Part shown: one piece after another, positions 58,910-64,000 of the stretch
Numbering within the stretch: the first letter of the stretch is position 1
How the letters are laid out: each line of letters opens with the position of its first letter
Assembly (NCBI GenBank): GCA_965225945.1
Contig: CBDDBZ010000034.1
Span: 1 to 64,000 of the forward strand
Source of the DNA: Alphaproteobacteria bacterium
Lineage (GTDB): Bacteria; Pseudomonadota; Alphaproteobacteria; GCA-2731375
DNA length: 64,000 nucleotides
Direction: 5' to 3'
The notes under the pieces: model-generated
Database searches by the model: none
The model's input: the letters and a program-made list of their open reading frames with translations, nothing else
Told to the model about the DNA's origin: nothing
Made by a program: the position numbers and the translations under genes

Positions 58910-59986
58910 TCACGCCTTCGCGCCCTCGGCGATCCGCCGGGCCACCGCCGCGCCGAACGCGCCTGTGCCGAGTCCGCCGCCGAGGTCGGCGGTCCGGGTC
59001 CCGGGCCGGGCGAGAAGGCCGTCGATCGCGCCGATCAACGTCGCCCCGGCCTCGCTCAACGCGTTATCGTGCCGCTCGGCGCCCAGATGGTCGAGCAGCA
59101 TGGCGATCGAGTGCATCAGCGCCGTCGGGTTGGCCACGTCGCGCCCGGCGATGTCCGGCGCCGAGCCGTGCCCCGCCTGGGCCACCGCATGGTTATCGCC
59201 GTGGTTGAGCGAGGCGGCGAGCCCGAGACCGCCCGCCAGTTCCGCCGCCTCGTCGGACAGGATGTCGCCGAACATGTTGGTGGTGACCACGACGTCGAAT
59301 CGCTCGGGCGTGCGGATCAGAAGAGCGGCCATCGCGTCGATGATGACGTCGTCGACCTCGATATCGGGATATTCGCCCGCCACGGCCTCGACCGTTCGCA
59401 CGAAGTGGCCGTAAAAGATGCGGAGCGCGTTCGCCTTGTGCACGATGGTGACCCGCTTGCGCCGCCGCCGCGCCAGCTCGAAGGCGGCTCGCGCGATCCG
59501 CGTCGTGCCCCCGGTGGTGATCTTGCCGACGACCAGCGCCATGTCCTTGGACGGCATGAACTCGCCCTGGCCCTGGTGCATGGAGCGATCGGCGTAGAAG
59601 CCTTCCAGGTTCTCCCGCGCGACGACGAGATCCATCTCGCTGGCCATCGCCGGCACGCCTTCGCGGGTGTAGCTCGGGCGGATGTTGGCGTAGAGTTCCA
59701 GCCCCTTGCGGAAGGCGGCGGAGACGTTCAGCCCGCCCTCTTCCGGCGGGGGATAGTCGGAGACGGAGGCCGGCCCCAGGATCACCCCGTCGACGGCCCT
59801 CGCGCGGTCGAGAACCTCGTCGGTGATGGTGACGCCGTCTCGCGCCAGCCCGGCGAGACCGACAACGGCGGTCTCGAGTTCGAGTCCCAGCCCGAAGCGC
59901 TCGTCCAGCGCCTCCAGCGCCGCCACGCCGGCGGCGACGATCTCCGGCCCGATGCCGTCGCCGTCCAAGACCAGCAGCCGCGTCAT
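58910..59986 (-). CDS. Isocitrate/isopropylmalate dehydrogenase family protein
   Basis: GDGIGPEI, NMFGDILSD and HGSAPDIAG motifs. Confidence 0.92.
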   Translation of the reverse strand: MTRLLVLDGDGIGPEIVAAGVAALEALDERFGLGLELETAVVGLAGLARDGVTITDEVLDRARAVDGVILGPASVSDYPPPEEGGLNVSAAFRKGLELYANIRPSYTREGVPAMASEMDLVVARENLEGFYADRSMHQGQGEFMPSKDMALVVGKITTGGTTRIARAAFELARRRRKRVTIVHKANALRIFYGHFVRTVEAVAGEYPDIEVDDVIIDAMAALLIRTPERFDVVVTTNMFGDILSDEAAELAGGLGLAASLNHGDNHAVAQAGHGSAPDIAGRDVANPTALMHSIAMLLDHLGAERHDNALSEAGATLIGAIDGLLARPGTRTADLGGGLGTGAFGAAVARRIAEGAKA

Positions 59987-60102
59987 GCCACTCCTTCCCC
60001 TCCCCCGGGCGGGCGGAGACTAGCGCGCTTTCGAGCCGTTTGGAAACGCTCGGCGTCGGGTGTTAGAAGCTTCCCGAACCGGGGGATGGAAGGATCCTCG
60101 CC

Positions 60103-61590
60103 ATGCGCCTGGTCGCGGCGATGATGAAGCACGAGACCAACACCTTCTCGCCGGTGCCGACCCCGCTCGCCCGTTTCGCCCGGGGCCGCGGCGCGCCGGC
60201 CCGGGGCGAGGAGGCACGGCGGGAGTTCCAGGGCACCGGCTCCGGCCTCGGCGCCTATATCGACCTCGCCCGCGAGCACGGCGCCGAACTGCATATTCCG
60301 CTCGCCGCCGGCGCCTGGCCGAGCGGCATGGTGGAAGACGCCGCCTACGAGGCGATGAGCGAGGCGATCCTGGAAGGCGTCGCCACCTCGGCGCCGGACG
60401 CGATCCTGCTGGATCTGCACGGCGCCATGGTGACGGAGAGCCTGGAGGACGGCGAGGGCGAGCTGCTGCGCCGGATCCGCGAGATCGCGCCGGCGACGCC
60501 GATCGGCGTCGCGCTCGACATGCACGCCAACATGTACCCGGGAATAGCGGAGCACGCCGACGTCGTCGCCGGCTATCAAACCTATCCCCATGTCGATACC
60601 TACGAGACCGCGCTCAGGGCCGGCCGGCCGATTCTGGGCATGCTGGCCGGCACGGTTCGCCCGACCATGGCCTGGGGCAACCGGGCGATGCTGCCGCACG
60701 TGATGCGCCAGGGCACCGACGATTCGCCCAATCGCGAGCTGCAGGCCCGCGCCCGGGAGATGGAAGCCGACGGCGCGCTGGCGGCGAGCCTGTTCGTCGG
60801 CTTCCCACACGCCGATATCCGCGAGGCGGGATTGTCGGCGGTCGTCGTGAGCGACGGCGACCGGGCGCTGGCGGAACGCTGGCGGGACGAGCTGCTGGAC
60901 GCGGCCTGGCGGGAGCGGGAGCGCTTCGTCTACCGGATCGAACCCTTGGGGGAATCGATGGCCCGCGCGCGGGCGGCGGCGAGCGGCGAAGGGCCGGTGA
61001 TCTTGCTGGATCACTACGACAACGCCGCCTCGGGCGGGACCATGGACACCACGGCCGTTCTCGCGGCCATCGTCGAGGCCAGGCTGGAGGACGTGGCCGC
61101 CTTCGCGATCCACGATCCCCGAGCGGTGACGCGGATGATCGCGGCCGGCATCGGCGCCGAGGTGACGCTGCCGCTCGGCGGCAAGCTCGACATGCCCGCG
61201 ATTGGTCGCGTGGGCGAGCCGCTGGAGGTCACCGGCCGGGTCCGGCTGATCTCCGAGGGGCGCTACCAGAACCTCGGCCCGGCCAGCCGAGGCGTTTGGA
61301 TGGACATGGGACCGAGCGTGGTGCTGGACACCGGCGGAATCGAGATCGTCGTCATCTCCCGCCATCAGGAGCCCAACGATCTCGCCTGCCTGGCGAGCCT
61401 CGGCATCGACGCGCGCGCAAAACGCTATCTGATGCTGAAGAGCCGGATCCACTACCGCGCCGGCTTCCGCGACGTCGCCGCCCAGGTGATCGAATGCGCC
61501 GGCGTCGGCGTCTGCACCTCGGACTATGAGATGCTGGATTTCAGCCATGTGCGGCGGCCGATCTTCCCGCTCGACCGCGTCGAGTCTTGA
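60103..61590 (+). CDS. MlrC/M81 metallopeptidase
   Basis: HETNTFS, LHGAM, DMHAN and YPHVD motifs. Confidence 0.92.
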   Translation: MRLVAAMMKHETNTFSPVPTPLARFARGRGAPARGEEARREFQGTGSGLGAYIDLAREHGAELHIPLAAGAWPSGMVEDAAYEAMSEAILEGVATSAPDAILLDLHGAMVTESLEDGEGELLRRIREIAPATPIGVALDMHANMYPGIAEHADVVAGYQTYPHVDTYETALRAGRPILGMLAGTVRPTMAWGNRAMLPHVMRQGTDDSPNRELQARAREMEADGALAASLFVGFPHADIREAGLSAVVVSDGDRALAERWRDELLDAAWRERERFVYRIEPLGESMARARAAASGEGPVILLDHYDNAASGGTMDTTAVLAAIVEARLEDVAAFAIHDPRAVTRMIAAGIGAEVTLPLGGKLDMPAIGRVGEPLEVTGRVRLISEGRYQNLGPASRGVWMDMGPSVVLDTGGIEIVVISRHQEPNDLACLASLGIDARAKRYLMLKSRIHYRAGFRDVAAQVIECAGVGVCTSDYEMLDFSHVRRPIFPLDRVES

Positions 61591-61630
61591 TCGAAAGCCC
61601 CCGAAGCCGGGGGAGAGGGCCGGTGAGAAT

Positions 61631-62233
61631 TCAGGCGGCCTCGGGGCCGATGAGGGCGGCGCGGAAGCGATCCTTCAAATGCGCCCCGTCGCGGGGCGGC
61701 AGGACCAGCGCCAATTCCTCCGCCCTGACCTTGATCACGTGGAACAAGGGGCCGGGGGCGCTTCGGATTCGCGGCAGCGCCGCTTCGAGCGCCGCCTGAT
61801 CGGCGATTCGGCCGGTCTCGGCGAAGCCGAACGCCTGGGCCACGCCCGCCAGGTCGGTGCCGCCCGCCGTATGGGTCGGCTGCATGCCCGTCTCGCCGTA
61901 GCGCTCGTTGTCGAGTACCACGACCGCGAGGTTGGTCGGGTTCTGCGCCGTTACGGTGGCGAGGCCGCCAGCACCCATCAGCGCGTCGCCGTCGCCGGTG
62001 AGCACCAGGACGCGGCGTTCCGGGCGGGCCAGCGCCAGGCCGAGGCCGAGCGAGACCGTGCCGCCCATCGCCCCCCAGAGCGGAAAGGTCAGCGGATGGT
62101 CACCCGCCGCCGCCGCGTCCCAGCTCGCCGCCCCCAGGCCGCTCACCACCAGAAGTTTGCCGCGATCCGCCAGCAGCGCCGCCACCACCTCGCGACGGCG
62201 CAGCGGATAAGCCTTCGCCCGGGCCAGATCCAT
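61631..62233 (-). CDS. Sulfopyruvate/phosphonopyruvate decarboxylase beta-like TPP-binding subunit
   Basis: GAMG and GDGDALM...DNERYGETG motifs. Confidence 0.88.
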   Translation of the reverse strand: MDLARAKAYPLRRREVVAALLADRGKLLVVSGLGAASWDAAAAGDHPLTFPLWGAMGGTVSLGLGLALARPERRVLVLTGDGDALMGAGGLATVTAQNPTNLAVVVLDNERYGETGMQPTHTAGGTDLAGVAQAFGFAETGRIADQAALEAALPRIRSAPGPLFHVIKVRAEELALVLPPRDGAHLKDRFRAALIGPEAA

Positions 62234-62236
62234 CGC

Positions 62237-62782
62237 TCAGTTTCCGAAGCTCTTGGCGCCGATCAGGCGCTGGGACAGCAGCACCGCCGCCGCCGCCGGG
62301 CCCTCGAAGGCCATGCGGGCGGCGGCGCGCAGGGTCTCGGCCACCGCCTCGGGCGCCTCGACCGGGAAGGTCAACACGCCGGCGAGCGACAGCACCTGCT
62401 CGGTGATCTGGCCCATCGGCACCTGCCAGGGGTTGGTCTCGCCCCATTGCCCGCGCATGGTCACCACCATCAGTAAGGGAAAGCGGCAGGTCTTGGCGAG
62501 CGAGAGCATGTTGACGCAGTTGCCGACGCCGCTCGATTGCATCAGAAGCGCGCCGCGCTGGCCGCCGAGCCAGGCCCCGGCCAGAAGTGCTATGCCTTCT
62601 TCCTCGGTGGTCAACGGCACCGCGCGGACCTCGTTACTGTCGGCTGAGCGCTCGATCAGCGCCGAGTGACCGCTATCGGGGACATAGGCGACCTGGGCGA
62701 CGTCGAAGTCGCGAAGCACTCGAAAAATCTCGTCCGGCCAGGCGATATCGCCGGCCGGCGAGGACGTCGACGCATCGTTCAT
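62237..62782 (-). CDS. Sulfopyruvate/phosphonopyruvate decarboxylase alpha-like subunit
   Basis: YVPD, TEEEG and MQSSGVGN motifs. Confidence 0.88.
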   Translation of the reverse strand: MNDASTSSPAGDIAWPDEIFRVLRDFDVAQVAYVPDSGHSALIERSADSNEVRAVPLTTEEEGIALLAGAWLGGQRGALLMQSSGVGNCVNMLSLAKTCRFPLLMVVTMRGQWGETNPWQVPMGQITEQVLSLAGVLTFPVEAPEAVAETLRAAARMAFEGPAAAAVLLSQRLIGAKSFGN

Positions 62783-62838
62783 GCCTGGCCTCCGGCGGCG
62801 GAGAGTAAACCCAAGCCTCGCCGAAAGCGACTGACGGG

Positions 62839-64000
62839 TCAGGAAGAAAAGGCGTCTCGTCGTGTCTGCTCGTCCTGCTCGGCGCGGAGCCGCCAGAGGA
62901 GGGAGTCGGCGGGCGTCTCGACGGCGTCATGGGTCAGCACCTCGCCGGCCCGGACATCACGCGTCAGGGACCGGTTCGTGGCCATGAAGAGCGGTATCGG
63001 CCGGTCCGGGCCACCGGGTGTGTAGTCGACCAAGAGCGCTTCGACCCCGTCGATCCGGTGGCGCTTGCCCTCCGCCAGCAGCGTCCCGGCGGGAAGCTCT
63101 CGGGTGGCCCTGGCGACGACGTCACACACCGGGCGTATCAGATCACTACCGGTCGAGCGACCCAGGCGGACCGCCGAGAGGATCGACATCGGCGCCTCCA
63201 CGCCCAATAGGTGCGTCGGGTTGAAGATCAGCGCATGGTCGTGATCATCGCTGACCGGAATGCCTTTTTCGGCGAACAGCTCGCCCGTCTTGCGGTCCGG
63301 CAGGCCGACGACGGCGAAGACGCCGCCGGCAAAGCTGATCTCGTCCGGCCGGCGGAAGCAGTTGAAGACGTCGAGCCGGCCGTGGCCGCCCAAGACTCCA
63401 CCGCTTGCCTCCGGCCGGAAGAGATCCGGCAGCTCGACCGTGCGGGCAATGGCCGCGTGCAGCTCCGGGATGTCGGGCTGGAGGCCGGTGCCGTTGGCGA
63501 TCAGGCAGATCTCGCAAAAATCCGGCGGCGCCCGCCGAGCCATCGCCTCACACGCCGCCGCGCGCGCCGCGACCAACTCCCTCGGCGACGCGGGCGGACC
63601 CGCCCACAGGCGTTCGGCGTCGGCCACCGAAATCGTGATGCCGTCGGAGGTCACGCATCCCGCCTCCAGGTCGATCACGAAATCGTAGGTGCTGGCCTTG
63701 CCGGCGCAGACGATCTCCAGCCCGAGCGCGCGGGCCCAGGAGACGAGGCCCATGGTCAGGCTCGGCTGATCGCCGTCGACCTGAGAGAGCACGAGGCCGG
63801 CCGCCCGCGCGCGCGCCGAGAGTAGCGGGCCGATCACCGCGTCCGTCTCCTTGGTGACCAGGACCAGATGGCGGCCGTTGTCGATGGCCGCGCTGGCGGT
63901 TTCAGCCCCGGTCTCGGCGCTGCCCGTCGCCTCCACCACAACGTCGATCGGCAGCTCGACGGCAACCCGCCAATCGTCGGTGACGACGAGATCGCCGCGC
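62839..64000 (-). CDS. Homoserine-dehydrogenase-like oxidoreductase with C-terminal SAF domain (5' end outside the window)
   Basis: VEATG, DGDQP, AGK and HLLG motifs; SAF-like ATRELPAG...DVRAGEVLT. Confidence 0.82.
   Translation of the reverse strand, partial: RGDLVVTDDWRVAVELPIDVVVEATGSAETGAETASAAIDNGRHLVLVTKETDAVIGPLLSARARAAGLVLSQVDGDQPSLTMGLVSWARALGLEIVCAGKASTYDFVIDLEAGCVTSDGITISVADAERLWAGPPASPRELVAARAAACEAMARRAPPDFCEICLIANGTGLQPDIPELHAAIARTVELPDLFRPEASGGVLGGHGRLDVFNCFRRPDEISFAGGVFAVVGLPDRKTGELFAEKGIPVSDDHDHALIFNPTHLLGVEAPMSILSAVRLGRSTGSDLIRPVCDVVARATRELPAGTLLAEGKRHRIDGVEALLVDYTPGGPDRPIPLFMATNRSLTRDVRAGEVLTHDAVETPADSLLWRLRAEQDEQTRRDAFSS

Overview
GC-rich, alphaproteobacterial-looking chromosomal window (taxonomy inferred from gene content). 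About 1-26.3 kb is a decaying accessory region with an IS3-like element, IS21 (one intact, one remnant), a broken IS110, IS256, IS630, two IS1595, a split recD2, a Cre-like recombinase, phage remnants, a large RTX/VWA adhesin and an HTH-PilZ gene. The main find is a ~10.9 kb element (26289-37205) integrated in tRNA-Lys(CTT) between 49-bp att repeats. It encodes integrase, AlpA, an iteron-containing Rep, TerL, HNH, an HK97-type capsid, protease, portal and four putative neck/tail-junction proteins, but no tail tube, tape measure, baseplate or lysis genes. It resembles a capsid-forming phage satellite (cf-PICI-like) with an unusual replication and tail-capture module. From 37.3 kb onward the window is mostly catabolic genes (otnK/otnC, SDRs, MaoC pair, TauD, ChaC, FAH, DctP, TcuA-like, MlrC, ComDE-like), plus a decayed cyclase-TPR gene, an orphan nuclease-like gene and an ATPase-TPR locus. 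Many genes carry short templated duplications or point stops. All family calls come from motif recognition by eye, with no database search.
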